Part shown: piece after piece, positions 17,401-26,936 of the stretch | Layout: each line of letters starts with the position of its first letter | Position numbering within the stretch: position 1 is the first letter of the stretch | From: a virus | Taxonomy: Duplodnaviria; Caudoviricetes | DNA: 51,379 nt | Reading direction: 5' to 3' (one strand) | Virus record (IMG/VR): IMGVR_UViG_3300020460_000021 | Location: 1 to 51,379 of that record | Position numbers and translations under genes: made by a program | The notes under the pieces: model-generated | What the model saw: the letters and a program-made list of their open reading frames with translations, nothing else | Told to the model about the DNA's origin: nothing | Database searches by the model: none

Positions 17401-19699
17401 CATAATGTTCTTTAAGCTCTTCATTTACTTCGTTTATTTGATTATCAAAATCCAAATCTGCAGAATCATAATTAGCATCAATAGTATCTACGTCTTTTAT
17501 ATCATCTGAATAAGTGTTTGTTTCATCTGTTTGGTCATCAAGACCTATATCCATATTATATTCTTTTATTATTCTTTTAGCATCTTTTTCTCCAAAAAGT
17601 TGTGTTAATTGATTATAACCCTGCAAATAATTACCAAGTTTGCTATTCATTATATCGGTTATGCTTATTTGCATTTTATCCATAACATTTTTCATTTCTT
17701 TTGTTTTTAAAATGCTAGTTAATTTTTCTGATCCATCTATTCCTTTAAAAAAACCAATTTCTGCGTCTTTTTTTTGTCTTTCTACAACACGCATTTCTAA
17801 TTCTTTTGTATCATAATTTTCTAATATAGACTTATCTACATTTTCGTATGGGTCTTTACCCATAAATAAATTCAATCGAACCATTGTGTCTAATTCATCT
17901 ACAGTAAGACCTTTTTCAAAATTATCATCTGTTAAAAACTTATAATGTTTGTCAGCTTTTTCAGCTATAATATTATCTATTATAGATTCATTTATATCTT
18001 TATATCCTAATGCTTTTAAAGTACCTCTAGCACCTACATCTAATGCAGTTGTACCAACTCTCATAACTCCACCTGTTACAAAACCTGCTCTAAAGGCTTC
18101 ATCAATTCTATTATTAAATGCATCATCTAATGTTTTTAAATGTTCGGGCATATAATTGTTTACCATACTCATGTTCAATGATTCTTGAACACCTTCTGTA
18201 ATACCCTCTTGTATTGCGTTTATACTCCAAGTGCTTAAAGCAACAGCACCTTTTTTTAATCCTTTTTGTTTTTGAATTCTTTGCATCATTAATTTAAACC
18301 AATGATGAGCTGTTGCTTTTTGCCCAACTTTACCTGCATTTGATTTTGTAAATAACTTAAGAATACCTTTCATTGAGTTTGCGGCAACTCCACCACCTAC
18401 AGCTTCTGCACCTGAAGAAACAGCTTCTATTAAAGCTGACATTGTTCCGTATTGTAAACCTACATTATACGCTATTTCACCAATTTGATCGTCTGTAATC
18501 TTGTCTGCAGTTGTTTGTTTTTCTGTTTTAAAACCAGAATAAACAGTGTATTTGTTTTTAAACTCTTCTTCAGTCATTTTAGACTGACCATTATTTATCA
18601 TTTCACGTTGTTGTTTAGCTTGATTTCTTAAATCAGAAAATAAATTAACTAATTCTTCAGTAGTAGAACCACCTTCTGCTAAAAAACCACCACCAGACGA
18701 AATACCTGTTCCTGCTACTATAAGAGGAACACCTACAGGTGCACCTACACCACCAGTACCTAATGTTAATGCACCACCTATAGTGTTAAAAGTACCACCT
18801 ACAATAGATGTTGGAGTTGAAAGAAGTGTTTTCATTACTTGATTCATAAAAAATTTAGGATCTCTTAAAAAAGTAGCTGGACTTAGTATTGCATCACCAA
18901 ATTCAGCTTTATATTGTTCTGGAGTTAAACCATATACACCAGACAAATTAGTTTCTACACCTTCTTCATTAATTGTTTCACTGATTTTTTGAAAAAAATC
19001 TGAATAATCAATATCTGCTGTTTCAGATAAAGGTATCTTCCCGTATTTACCTAGAGGAATAAAAGGATTTGTAAGATAATTTTCAAATGTTTGCCCTGTT
19101 ACATCAAATCCAGTACCTATGCTTTGCATAAACTGGTCGAATCCTTGTGCCCACAATCCATCGCTTGAATTTTGTTCATGACGATCTATTTCTTTTTGCA
19201 TGGATTCTCTAGTAGCATTAAAGTAACCCTTTTCATGTGTTAAAAGTTTTGTATATTCTTGATTTATTTCTTTTTTATGTTCATTTGATATGTCTTTAGG
19301 CAATCCTTGTGCTATAAATTGTTCTTGTTCTAATAAATGTTCAGCAGTAGAATTAATAATTTGATTTTTATGTATAGAAGTAATGTTTTCTGAACCAGAC
19401 AAATAATTAAATATATCAGCTATTTGTGTTCTATAAAGATTAAATCTTTTATCTTCATGACTATTATCTCCAATAGTAAAATTTTTTCTATATTCTCTGT
19501 CTTTATAATCAAAACCTTCATACCCTAATTTTTTTAATTTGTTATCTAAATGATTATACAGAGGACTATCAGGATATTCTTGCGTTTGAGGATTTATTAA
19601 AAAACTATTAGATAGTTGAACTTCATTATTAGGATATGTAAAAATATCTCTATTCCACAATTCATCATATTGCTCAGGATTTAATATTTTTTGTGACAT
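11402..19699 (-). CDS. Putative virion-packaged two-barrel RNA polymerase polyprotein with zincin domain
   Basis: GIRSP (13001) and FEGDGDGD (12881-12895); LDGMSLTS...K...K upstream barrel; HEYIH (16061-16075); located in the virion module. Confidence 0.75.
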   Translation of the reverse strand: MSQKILNPEQYDELWNRDIFTYPNNEVQLSNSFLINPQTQEYPDSPLYNHLDNKLKKLGYEGFDYKDREYRKNFTIGDNSHEDKRFNLYRTQIADIFNYLSGSENITSIHKNQIINSTAEHLLEQEQFIAQGLPKDISNEHKKEINQEYTKLLTHEKGYFNATRESMQKEIDRHEQNSSDGLWAQGFDQFMQSIGTGFDVTGQTFENYLTNPFIPLGKYGKIPLSETADIDYSDFFQKISETINEEGVETNLSGVYGLTPEQYKAEFGDAILSPATFLRDPKFFMNQVMKTLLSTPTSIVGGTFNTIGGALTLGTGGVGAPVGVPLIVAGTGISSGGGFLAEGGSTTEELVNLFSDLRNQAKQQREMINNGQSKMTEEEFKNKYTVYSGFKTEKQTTADKITDDQIGEIAYNVGLQYGTMSALIEAVSSGAEAVGGGVAANSMKGILKLFTKSNAGKVGQKATAHHWFKLMMQRIQKQKGLKKGAVALSTWSINAIQEGITEGVQESLNMSMVNNYMPEHLKTLDDAFNNRIDEAFRAGFVTGGVMRVGTTALDVGARGTLKALGYKDINESIIDNIIAEKADKHYKFLTDDNFEKGLTVDELDTMVRLNLFMGKDPYENVDKSILENYDTKELEMRVVERQKKDAEIGFFKGIDGSEKLTSILKTKEMKNVMDKMQISITDIMNSKLGNYLQGYNQLTQLFGEKDAKRIIKEYNMDIGLDDQTDETNTYSDDIKDVDTIDANYDSADLDFDNQINEVNEELKEHYDVSKDNRKKDLETQRKNNAKNKDKRQNVRQQLQNPVNEETIQKLDGKNDPSIISKLNMTGVAQKKLGLLNEKGTVFNLQVLEKGKKINPKTNQLETVYITKWSPQTLELNPADTNKKERFEIFESSIAKANTINKATGKRQPWVKKTVQNMDEILQTSRAIDIQQAKDKRKKKVKEKKEKPITRDEINHAMDVALGLESEHTPSKKEVSTKKPPPKKEVAPPKKEDKISKKDKTSKLMEGVTGVRGKPPKTIDDVEPVKTKDDVEPKVVSDEPQQKLFNKFINDFNNSKFQFDNNGQLTANSKKILKNLQKIYNDFGKKNVDTKYSTMYQNHKEIVGFIQNMLNINVIPKDSTFKGRKSYFLRKELFPMLANIGNTLSKLKIEDGGGEVTLQISNKKGIEEQGESSGVYFNFENKIEIFLGSLFDNQQSFADSIHNLQETLVHEYIHYITSASLQNPEIQNTKEYKDVIKLYKKTKEFWNKTKNNLKKKDTILHRRLSNALEDDTPIEFFTYFFTDTTVQAYFSKQILPDSEVSLFQQIKDFFYNLFLKIGKLFDKTNKFQSMIEDQKFDNKFRKSMLYQMFGTMNNYVDKITDYYENKLILYDQQSISQNIISNAVSMLANDFNVDYTTQPNELYRLNLGINRGRRDIEKTNRIFENAWMHLVNSTMISRDYFPAFAEHFSKDLINPDLKKSFDEWSSTYNYKADKNYSVIEDNKDKIDELTNNIFGVSAHDELELATSSFVEYIKEGIGYSENLEALEAGIGDNPVHIQNAFLNEFGIIQSNVLALRLKDTVENSKSFEDFVSTISSKKFIQENNFRINRTGTIEDIITKNKFSKTVALRYWLSNKPENKKIIHSPEHKENVANIIVYKKFKEYQIILKDKNEKDNKLKIFKYKVLPAFEKKRLVEKLGIFKSDELVYLSDADIFHLVKDKDRRNQFGEPIFYTDSYSLDLSDYKNGVYKSFFQNNLIPIANLGDSQMQVLFNLNSVEGKRLQEIVNSNSTKTYWEDEAIYNEAEGSKGANTLNSYLLNDKRDYYTTKEGLKEIQNLTGINQQNLPSAFRRLLLFNIVRHETYKKIFGENYYELDSNKIFQRLKIPFTPSTTNSSMPTRKVMVFNPVTTNDSKVQLHIINKANQTRKIDLIKTIDGKEQYVLDGMSLTSDKVFKLDYPKYLATQTRANRAKTAWYHKDEKGVIAIKHEEMSPILLDSDKEGQFVEVNKDGTKTIIATYKRDLNGYVNLYDAEGNYFDMLNTPDETKIQTGEYNKTNQILELPGSSVGLIHNPYDKTKTKGKFSPQRSNFITDPKIIKALNDLFNDQDKSRTQSAYNQIQRLKKLVNNPKELDKFILEHFAMFIGGYESEMRANAELGAGFHPSQLANAKLLIKNEIFDRIGAFETYGTYLHFRMDTIGNPNNEGKPLTDDEVVMPYDHQFIENIKKMINVKYATKKQLNDWLKRNEVYVMGIRSPVGRKTNTRIMRVVAVEDIGDTFIVSHDVVKSVFEGDGDGDTASIVLLDNKIKKLSRLFKKEQDDFGDVKDLGLGLEENLPTLNIGNIDQFLQIYDNIKVGKKALGGIANFLKHIGMLNTWFESIEAYAPEKTILDGQQLKEDTFVNLRLRDLNEVVYNEEMRENIKLELMGSKYLQASVDHIKLGLLNDWQWEEKGLKKLMSYYFVGPGDTSIELSSDQFALLKYLLIKPMNDISSLQKGRDVETRSNLTFDDYFEYSARVQEHIENRLVEKNEEGVPVETKGTKSPRIFSLKGKKGVQNLYENIAVTYDNLLSKEGITQTAFNLGFEQQRFIHREGINNVADKILQNIVDQYLQDENKTTKDIRAGEIENYLRNAGILAQQLSSRLERWTSTRNSKFRKKSESNINQQMWNTDPELNKIYQEFIEQTADLSKSQRMYMTYKYLSDSVNEQYGKTKDAINIIPPSRENVDAILDPSVLRLYYTSWNDLFLKIINAEGKELAKIFEPKNKFAKIAIKAEKRLMQAIKDKGCIV

Positions 19700-19702
19700 A
19701 TA

Positions 19703-21340
19703 TTATTTTTGTGTAGTAGTATCAACAGGAGCTTGTGTGCTATCTAAAGTAGTAGTAAATACATCAGAAGTAAAATTATATTGAGTGTTTAGATTATTTA
19801 TAGTTTCATTTGTTTGGTCAATTTCATTATTCATATTTAATATTTCACTAGCTTGTGAAACTTGTTGTACATAATAATCACTTATTTTCATTAAATAATC
19901 TGTCATTTCAAAATAAGTTACCGTTTTATCTCTCGTTCCTTGAGAATCTTTATCTTCATCTGCTCTAGAATGAGCTTCAAACATAGCTTTACCAAATCCT
20001 TTTTGTTTAGTTAGTAAATCAGACTCATAATTTGGATTATCTTTTTTAGTTTCTTTTGGTTCAGTAATATCCGTAATTATTTTTTTAACAAACTCAGGGT
20101 TTAATATTTGTCTACCATTAAAATTAATATATCTTGCATTTACAACTTGTTCATCAGCCCATGTCATTCCTTCTGTGTAACCATCTTCAGAACCAGTCAT
20201 TTTTATATAGTCTGTTTTATTTATTTTATCGTCTGCTGTTTGATAGTCTTCCCAATGAATTGATTCTTTTTTTATAGAAGGAATAATATTTACTACTACA
20301 TTACTTTTAGATTTACCAACATCTATTAAACCTAATATGTGGTCACTTACATTTTTTAATTGTCTTTCAACAGCACCTGGGGTTGTTAATTCTCCAACAT
20401 CAAATGATACTAAATTTTTAAAAGTTGGTGAAGATCCATCCATTTTTAATGCATCTTTTGCTTTACTATTAAAAAGTTTTAGTTCTGCACTCATAGACTT
20501 TGAAAAATCGTCTATAATATCTGTTTTTTGATTAGCGAAAGATGCAAGGTCTGGTACTCCTTTATACGTATCTTTTTTTGTAGGTTGACGTTTTGCTATC
20601 TCACCCAAAGTAGTTGCTAATTGTTGATCAAATTCTTTTTGATCACCTTTAAAAACAGATGCTGATACATTACTTAAAGTTATTCCCAATTCTTCATCAT
20701 CTATTTTTTTATCTCTGTTATACAATAAAAATGTTGGGTCATCTTCAAGATAATTTCTTAAACCTTCTCTATCGTTATTTACTATGTATGATGATATTTT
20801 TCCTCTTAAATCTTTAAAAGATTTGCTTAAATTTTCTGTTTGATACGCTGTTTTTAAATTTTTCGTAGCTTCTATAGTAGCATTTATATTTTTTGTTATA
20901 TCTTCTCTTAACTCAGTATTTGGAAGAGTTGATGCAATAGTTATTAATTCAGCTAATTCTGTTTCATTACCACCCGCTTTTTTTATTTGTTGTACATAAT
21001 TATTTTTTAATGTATTACTTGCTTTTTCTATATTAATGTTTTTTTTCTTTAAATCTGCAGTATTTTGAAGTCCATTCATTATTGCTTCTACTACAGGGCT
21101 ATCTACTTGATTAGCAATAGATTTAGCACCAGATGTAATTTTATCAACTTCTTTAGGGTCACTTAAAGTTGTTATTTGTTTTTGTAATTCCCCTAACACA
21201 TTTGTAGCTTGAGTAACCCTTCTATCTTCTCTTTGAAATGCTTGTGCTAATATATTGGAAGACATTCTTTCTTCTCTTTGTTGTTCTCTTATATTGCTTG
21301 CCCCTATATTTGCTAACATTCTATCTAGTGCATTTGCCAT
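19703..21340 (-). CDS. Putative internal virion/ejection protein
   Basis: 545-aa helical protein directly upstream of the giant gene. Confidence 0.6.
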   Translation of the reverse strand: MANALDRMLANIGASNIREQQREERMSSNILAQAFQREDRRVTQATNVLGELQKQITTLSDPKEVDKITSGAKSIANQVDSPVVEAIMNGLQNTADLKKKNINIEKASNTLKNNYVQQIKKAGGNETELAELITIASTLPNTELREDITKNINATIEATKNLKTAYQTENLSKSFKDLRGKISSYIVNNDREGLRNYLEDDPTFLLYNRDKKIDDEELGITLSNVSASVFKGDQKEFDQQLATTLGEIAKRQPTKKDTYKGVPDLASFANQKTDIIDDFSKSMSAELKLFNSKAKDALKMDGSSPTFKNLVSFDVGELTTPGAVERQLKNVSDHILGLIDVGKSKSNVVVNIIPSIKKESIHWEDYQTADDKINKTDYIKMTGSEDGYTEGMTWADEQVVNARYINFNGRQILNPEFVKKIITDITEPKETKKDNPNYESDLLTKQKGFGKAMFEAHSRADEDKDSQGTRDKTVTYFEMTDYLMKISDYYVQQVSQASEILNMNNEIDQTNETINNLNTQYNFTSDVFTTTLDSTQAPVDTTTQK

Positions 21341-21341
21341 A

Positions 21342-22307
21342 TTATGTTCTAAATCCTTTACCTATATCATATAAACTAGATACAGCTTTTCCTTGAGGCC
21401 CAAGTAAACCTATACCTTTCATTGCCATATCAATTGGTAATTGTTTTCGTGCTTGTTCTATTTTATCTAATTCACTTGCTAATTGAGTTCGAGTACTTTC
21501 AATTCTTCCTAAAGCATCTCTTGTTTTTTGGTCTTCATAACTTCGACCTGAATCAAATCTACTCTTTGCTTGGTCTACCACAGCATCCAAAGCATTTTGT
21601 ATTGTATTTCTAGCATTATCTGCCATTTCTTGAATACTACCTGTTTGTATATTACTTCTTGGAATTTTATCTAAACCACTTTTTAAAGACCCTCGTAATG
21701 TTGTTGCTCTATTGCCAATGGTTGATTTCATTTCTTTTTCTAAATTTTCAATAGCTTCTACTTCTGATGAAACCGTATCTGCTCTTAAAGAATCCAATCC
21801 ACCCATTGCACCTTCAATTCCTGTTTTTGCTTCTTTTAAAGCATCTTTTTGTTGCAACATATTATAAATTTGCAAACCCGTAGACGCTATATTAGCAACA
21901 CCACCCATTGATTTTGTTAGTTTACCAAGTTTACTTTCTGCAAATTGATCCATTAAAGAACCAACTTTATTTTTTAATTGATTCTTTAAAGGTAAAGAAG
22001 GTAAAGTAGAACTATCAAAATCACCTGCTTGTGCTAAAGTTGGTTCATCAACTATTCTATCAGCTTCCATTGGAGAAAACTGCAATTTTAATTCTTCTGA
22101 CAACATATTATTCATAGGCATTTCTGGTTTTTGGGGTGAAGAAGTTAACATATCATATAAATTTCTTCTATCTTCCATTCCACTTGGCATATTTTTAGAT
22201 TTTAATGCATCAACAATAGAAATTTGATTTTGACCTCCCATTAATTCTGGAACATTTTCTAATAAAAATTGATTCTGTGATGCACTTCCTATATATCCAT
22301 TAGCCAT
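21342..22307 (-). CDS. Putative internal virion/ejection protein
   Basis: Gly/Ala amphipathic segments and coiled coil; position after tail genes. Confidence 0.55.
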   Translation of the reverse strand: MANGYIGSASQNQFLLENVPELMGGQNQISIVDALKSKNMPSGMEDRRNLYDMLTSSPQKPEMPMNNMLSEELKLQFSPMEADRIVDEPTLAQAGDFDSSTLPSLPLKNQLKNKVGSLMDQFAESKLGKLTKSMGGVANIASTGLQIYNMLQQKDALKEAKTGIEGAMGGLDSLRADTVSSEVEAIENLEKEMKSTIGNRATTLRGSLKSGLDKIPRSNIQTGSIQEMADNARNTIQNALDAVVDQAKSRFDSGRSYEDQKTRDALGRIESTRTQLASELDKIEQARKQLPIDMAMKGIGLLGPQGKAVSSLYDIGKGFRT

Positions 22308-22738
22308 TATTTTTCTCCATTAAAAAGTTTTATCATATTATCCATTTGTAAACCTTGAATTAAATTTTTTAATTCTGGGTTTTCAAAAAATTGATCTGTT
22401 TGTTTTATTTGATAAATATCATCAAGATTTAAATCAACACCACCTACATTAAATTGTGTTTCTTTATTTGATATATAATCTTGTCTAGATGGAAAAGATT
22501 TTATGATGTCTTGATTTTCAAACATTTTTATCAAAGAATCATATCGTTCACCACGTTTTTTTCTAGCTTCTATCATTCCTGGAGCTCTTTCAAGAACATT
22601 GATGATAGGTGCTAACATATTTTCTCGTGATTTTTCTTTTTGCAAAAGTCTTGTAGCACTCGCTAAAGGTTCACTCACACGAGGGTCGGACAATGGATTC
22701 CTTGGAGGAAGGTTGCGATTATACCTAGAATAAGCCAT
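22307..22738 (-). CDS. Hypothetical virion-associated protein
   Basis: 143 aa; GGAG RBS; coupled to the next gene. Confidence 0.6.
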   Translation of the reverse strand: MAYSRYNRNLPPRNPLSDPRVSEPLASATRLLQKEKSRENMLAPIINVLERAPGMIEARKKRGERYDSLIKMFENQDIIKSFPSRQDYISNKETQFNVGGVDLNLDDIYQIKQTDQFFENPELKNLIQGLQMDNMIKLFNGEK

Positions 22739-22809
22739 AATAACTCTCCAAATCGCTGTTTAATTTAATACATTTCAAGTTTATTTTTTTAATAATTCTA
22801 CCTTTCGAC

Positions 22810-24306
22810 TTAATCGTCTGTTTGTACATCTTCCCATAGTTCATTAGCATAATCAGAAGTTTCTGTCATATCTAATTTGAATGTTTTTTTTGTTTTACAA
22901 TTTCTAGCTAAAATACAATCTGGTTGTTCTCGAAGTATCCATCTTGCATCGCTTTGATTATCAAGCACTAAGTCACCTGTGTTTGATTGATACACAAATA
23001 ATTTTCTCCATTTTTGTGAACTTTTACCTAAATCATAACCAACATTTACAGTATCGTTTGCATGAACTGCAGGCATGAATGAACTACCATTTACATTCAT
23101 TTGAACCGATATAGAGTTTCCACCATCTTGGTCAAATCCTATATCGTTATTACCTATATCACCAAATCGAAATCCACCTGCCACATGTAAATCACCATCA
23201 TTTTCTAAAAGAAATTTATTGCTACCATCATAGTTGATAGTAAGCACATTCCCTGATTCGTCATGATGTAACCTAAAAGCAGAATCCGTATAATTTTTAG
23301 TATCATTACCTGCATGAAAATAGATCACTCCACCTGCACTAGCATCTCCTTGAAAATGCACATTACCATTACTATCAAATTTTATAGCCCCACTAGAAAA
23401 TATTGCATTACCACCTGATGTTAATTCTGCTTTACCACTTCCAATATTGATACTTCCACTTGTTATTGTACCCATATTAGCACTTAATGCAGATAGCGAA
23501 GAAACATTCATTTCACTTGCCGTAATAGTTCCCGCCGCAATTTGAGTTGCTGTAATAGTGTCTGAAGCAATTGCTGATGCAGTAATACTGTTTGCAACAA
23601 TTTTATCAGTTCCATCTATACCATGGTCTGCAATCTTTGCACCATTTATAGTTAAGTTTGCTAATTGAGATGCAGTTATCGTTAAATTAGCTATCTTACC
23701 TGCAGTAATTTCTAAATCACCAATTTTACCTGCTGTAATTGCACCATCTGCTATTTTACCTGATGTAACTGCAGAAGAAGCAATTGTACCACTTGTTACA
23801 GCGTTTGTGTTAATTTTTCCTGCAGTAACCGCATTAGAAGCTATTTCATCTGCTGTGATTGCACTACTTGCTATTTCATTCGCTGTAATTACATTAGACC
23901 CTATTTGTGTTGCAGTAATACTATTATTTTCAATATGATTTGCTCCTATAGAAAGACTGGCTATTTGGTCTGCACCAATCGTTTCAAATGCTAGTTTATC
24001 AAATGTGATCGTATTATTTCGAATATGTCTACCAAGTACAGATTCATCTGACAAAATAAGATTGCTATTAGAACCACTACCCCCAGATAAAATAACTGTA
24101 TTGCCTCCAGGAATTCCTGCATCTGTAGATGTGTTTGGATTAGAAGACATAGGTGTATAATATTTTTTATTTCCTATATATTGAACTTCCTTATAACCAC
24201 TATCAGCTACAAACTCAACATTGCGTGTACCTTTTTCAGCACGCCCTTGTTGGCTTTTTAATTGTGCTTGGTGTCTCTGTGCTCTTTTATCTTTGCTAGA
24301 AGGCAT
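22810..24306 (-). CDS. Tail fibre/needle-like protein with 10-aa repeats
   Basis: More than 15 tandem (S/A)-I/V-T-A-x-x-I-A-x-x decamers followed by a beta-rich C-terminus. Confidence 0.7.
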   Translation of the reverse strand: MPSSKDKRAQRHQAQLKSQQGRAEKGTRNVEFVADSGYKEVQYIGNKKYYTPMSSNPNTSTDAGIPGGNTVILSGGSGSNSNLILSDESVLGRHIRNNTITFDKLAFETIGADQIASLSIGANHIENNSITATQIGSNVITANEIASSAITADEIASNAVTAGKINTNAVTSGTIASSAVTSGKIADGAITAGKIGDLEITAGKIANLTITASQLANLTINGAKIADHGIDGTDKIVANSITASAIASDTITATQIAAGTITASEMNVSSLSALSANMGTITSGSINIGSGKAELTSGGNAIFSSGAIKFDSNGNVHFQGDASAGGVIYFHAGNDTKNYTDSAFRLHHDESGNVLTINYDGSNKFLLENDGDLHVAGGFRFGDIGNNDIGFDQDGGNSISVQMNVNGSSFMPAVHANDTVNVGYDLGKSSQKWRKLFVYQSNTGDLVLDNQSDARWILREQPDCILARNCKTKKTFKLDMTETSDYANELWEDVQTDD

Positions 24307-26936
24307 TATTTTAAAGGTTTCTCTCTATATACGAGGTTAATGTCATTTAATACAAAACTTGAATGTGCCATGCCTTTAATAACGATTTGAAAACTATGTT
24401 TATTATTGGCTTCACTAGCTGTTGCAGGCGTTAATGCTAGTGTTGTAAATACATTACTTGTATTGCTAAAAGATTGTGTAAAATTTCGTAATGTTCCTGT
24501 TGCATTATTAGTTGTATAATGAACCGTTGGAATACTAGAACCATCATTAATTTTATAAGTTATATATACTTTTTTTAATGTTTTAAATTGTGCAGGGTCT
24601 TCTAATGTTTCATCTTTTGTGCGAATGTCTATATAATTCGTTGCTGATGCTGTGTTAATATTAAAAGATTTTATATTATGTGTTGTAGAATCTTGATATG
24701 CTCTTAATGTTCCATCTTTTTTAGTTTGTAAATTTGTTATATGCTTATCATCTTCAACAAGAACATCTTCTGCACTACCATCATTGCTTGAAATTCGTTG
24801 CCAAGACATAGTGATCATATTAAAATTATAAGCTTTTGAATCAGCATAGTCACCTATTACCAACAAATCTTGTGATAATGGTTTAAATCCAATCAAAGGT
24901 TTATTACCTACTAAATTTGTCCATTCACTTCTATCTATTTTGTTTGTTAATAAATCAATGACTTGTTTACCATCAAATAAAAAACATCCATAGTCATTGA
25001 CCCATGCAATCCCTTTAGTTGTTTTACAAACTGCACTTTCTGACCATACACCTCTATACGCATATGTATCTTCTAAATATTCAATGTCTTTTGTAACATT
25101 AATGAGATACATTGTCTGTTCTTTAAATTGTAAAATAAAATCTTGAAAATTTTCTAATGCAGTAATGGATTCACCATCATTGATTGCTACATCGATATAT
25201 CCATACTCTGTAAAAATATCAAATCCATTAGGTTCTGATTTATAGATTCTATCTGAATAGATACGAGTTTTACCATTGATATCTGTTACTTTGACATTAC
25301 CTACATACGCTCTTCTATTTAAAATAGTACTTGCACCAAAAATAACTTTAGACAATTTAGAGTCTTCACTATATCCTGCAATTGTAGAAAAGGTATCTAA
25401 CAAAGGGGGGTTTGTTATTTGAACTTCTGTATGACTTCGAGCACCATTACCTAATGCACTTCCCCATGCTTCAAAAGTTTCTCCTGTTGGTTTTTTAACA
25501 CCATTTTCAAAATCTACTTTTAAAAATAATTTTTTATCGTTGTCTAATGGAGTACCATCTAAATCAAATTCTGCATAATAAATATTTGCTCCTGTTGGTC
25601 TTTCACTATATGTACTAGAGCCAATTAACCATCCACTCGAATGTTTTTTTGCATGTACATTTATTTCTAATATTTTATCTTCAAAAGAAAGTGGATTGGT
25701 TTGATTTGCAAATAATCGAGTTCTACTTTCTTGCGTCCTATCATAAACAAAACTATAATACCATTTATATTGACCATTCCAAAGACCAACACTACTATCA
25801 CCAAGCTCTGCATGAGAAGCATAAAAAATAACAGCAGTTCCTGGATTTGTGCTTTTTACATCTACTCCAATTGACGTAATATTGGTACTTACAGGCGAAC
25901 CTTCAACCGATTCATGAGAACCGTGTTTTAGTTCTATAGTATTAAATTGATTGGCAGTTATGAGAGATACATCTACAGAATAAACAAATGCATTGTTTCC
26001 AGAATTTGATGCTGAATTTATGCTATTACCTAATCGTATTTGAAATGCTTCTTGTTGTAAAAAAGAAAATGATGCACTTGGAACATAGATTTTAACAAAA
26101 ACACTTTTATTCGTAATATCTATAGCTGTTCCACCAGACGATTTTGAAATACGATAATTAGAATTATTTGGATCTGTATCAGCCGTAAATTTTGTCATTC
26201 CCGATGCACCAGAAGGTAAAGCAACACCACCATCTGTACTTGTATGAACGGCTTGTGTTCCATGATTTACACTACCTGTTTTAGTCAGTATCTCTACATT
26301 AGAATCAGATGTATCTACCCATTCTGATGTTGAACCTGTTTTTTCTTTAATGTGAAGATTTAATGTTCCGTCTGTAATACTTTCATTTGGTGGATCGTTA
26401 TCATTTAAAAATACTCCACCACTATAAGGTTCATCAATATAGGTATCTGCTTCAATTAAAAATGGACTTGCACTTCCCGCACCTAATTGTTGATGTTTTA
26501 CATATCCTAAAAATTTAGTATGATGTTGAAAGGTTGCTTCGCTTATACGAAGATTTCCATCTGCTACAAAAAATCGTGGGCTTGTAATACTAGACAGACC
26601 ACTCGTAAATCGTGCATTTGGAAATGTATCTAATGAAACAAGTCCTTGATAATATTTATTAGCATTAGCAAATACTTGTAACTCTGTATTACTTTCTACT
26701 CCTGATAAATTAAAATCACTATTATAAATAATATAACCTTGTCCTTGTAATGGATTTATATCTGTGATATTAATATCACTACCATTTTCAAAAGTAGGTG
26801 CTAACGACACTTTTCCTGGCTGATTGGTTTGTACGTTTAAAGCTTCTGCAAGTTCATTTTTTTCAATATCTCTTGCATCAGAATAATTGTTTAAACCTCC
26901 ATCAAACGGATTTATTTGTGCCGATTTTTTAGGCAT
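24306..26936 (-). CDS. Tail nozzle/tubular protein
   Basis: 876 aa beta-rich; N-terminal FDGGLN..D.RDI..NE; C-terminal KTLKKVYITYK and NDINLVYR. Confidence 0.75.
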   Translation of the reverse strand: MPKKSAQINPFDGGLNNYSDARDIEKNELAEALNVQTNQPGKVSLAPTFENGSDINITDINPLQGQGYIIYNSDFNLSGVESNTELQVFANANKYYQGLVSLDTFPNARFTSGLSSITSPRFFVADGNLRISEATFQHHTKFLGYVKHQQLGAGSASPFLIEADTYIDEPYSGGVFLNDNDPPNESITDGTLNLHIKEKTGSTSEWVDTSDSNVEILTKTGSVNHGTQAVHTSTDGGVALPSGASGMTKFTADTDPNNSNYRISKSSGGTAIDITNKSVFVKIYVPSASFSFLQQEAFQIRLGNSINSASNSGNNAFVYSVDVSLITANQFNTIELKHGSHESVEGSPVSTNITSIGVDVKSTNPGTAVIFYASHAELGDSSVGLWNGQYKWYYSFVYDRTQESRTRLFANQTNPLSFEDKILEINVHAKKHSSGWLIGSSTYSERPTGANIYYAEFDLDGTPLDNDKKLFLKVDFENGVKKPTGETFEAWGSALGNGARSHTEVQITNPPLLDTFSTIAGYSEDSKLSKVIFGASTILNRRAYVGNVKVTDINGKTRIYSDRIYKSEPNGFDIFTEYGYIDVAINDGESITALENFQDFILQFKEQTMYLINVTKDIEYLEDTYAYRGVWSESAVCKTTKGIAWVNDYGCFLFDGKQVIDLLTNKIDRSEWTNLVGNKPLIGFKPLSQDLLVIGDYADSKAYNFNMITMSWQRISSNDGSAEDVLVEDDKHITNLQTKKDGTLRAYQDSTTHNIKSFNINTASATNYIDIRTKDETLEDPAQFKTLKKVYITYKINDGSSIPTVHYTTNNATGTLRNFTQSFSNTSNVFTTLALTPATASEANNKHSFQIVIKGMAHSSFVLNDINLVYREKPLK

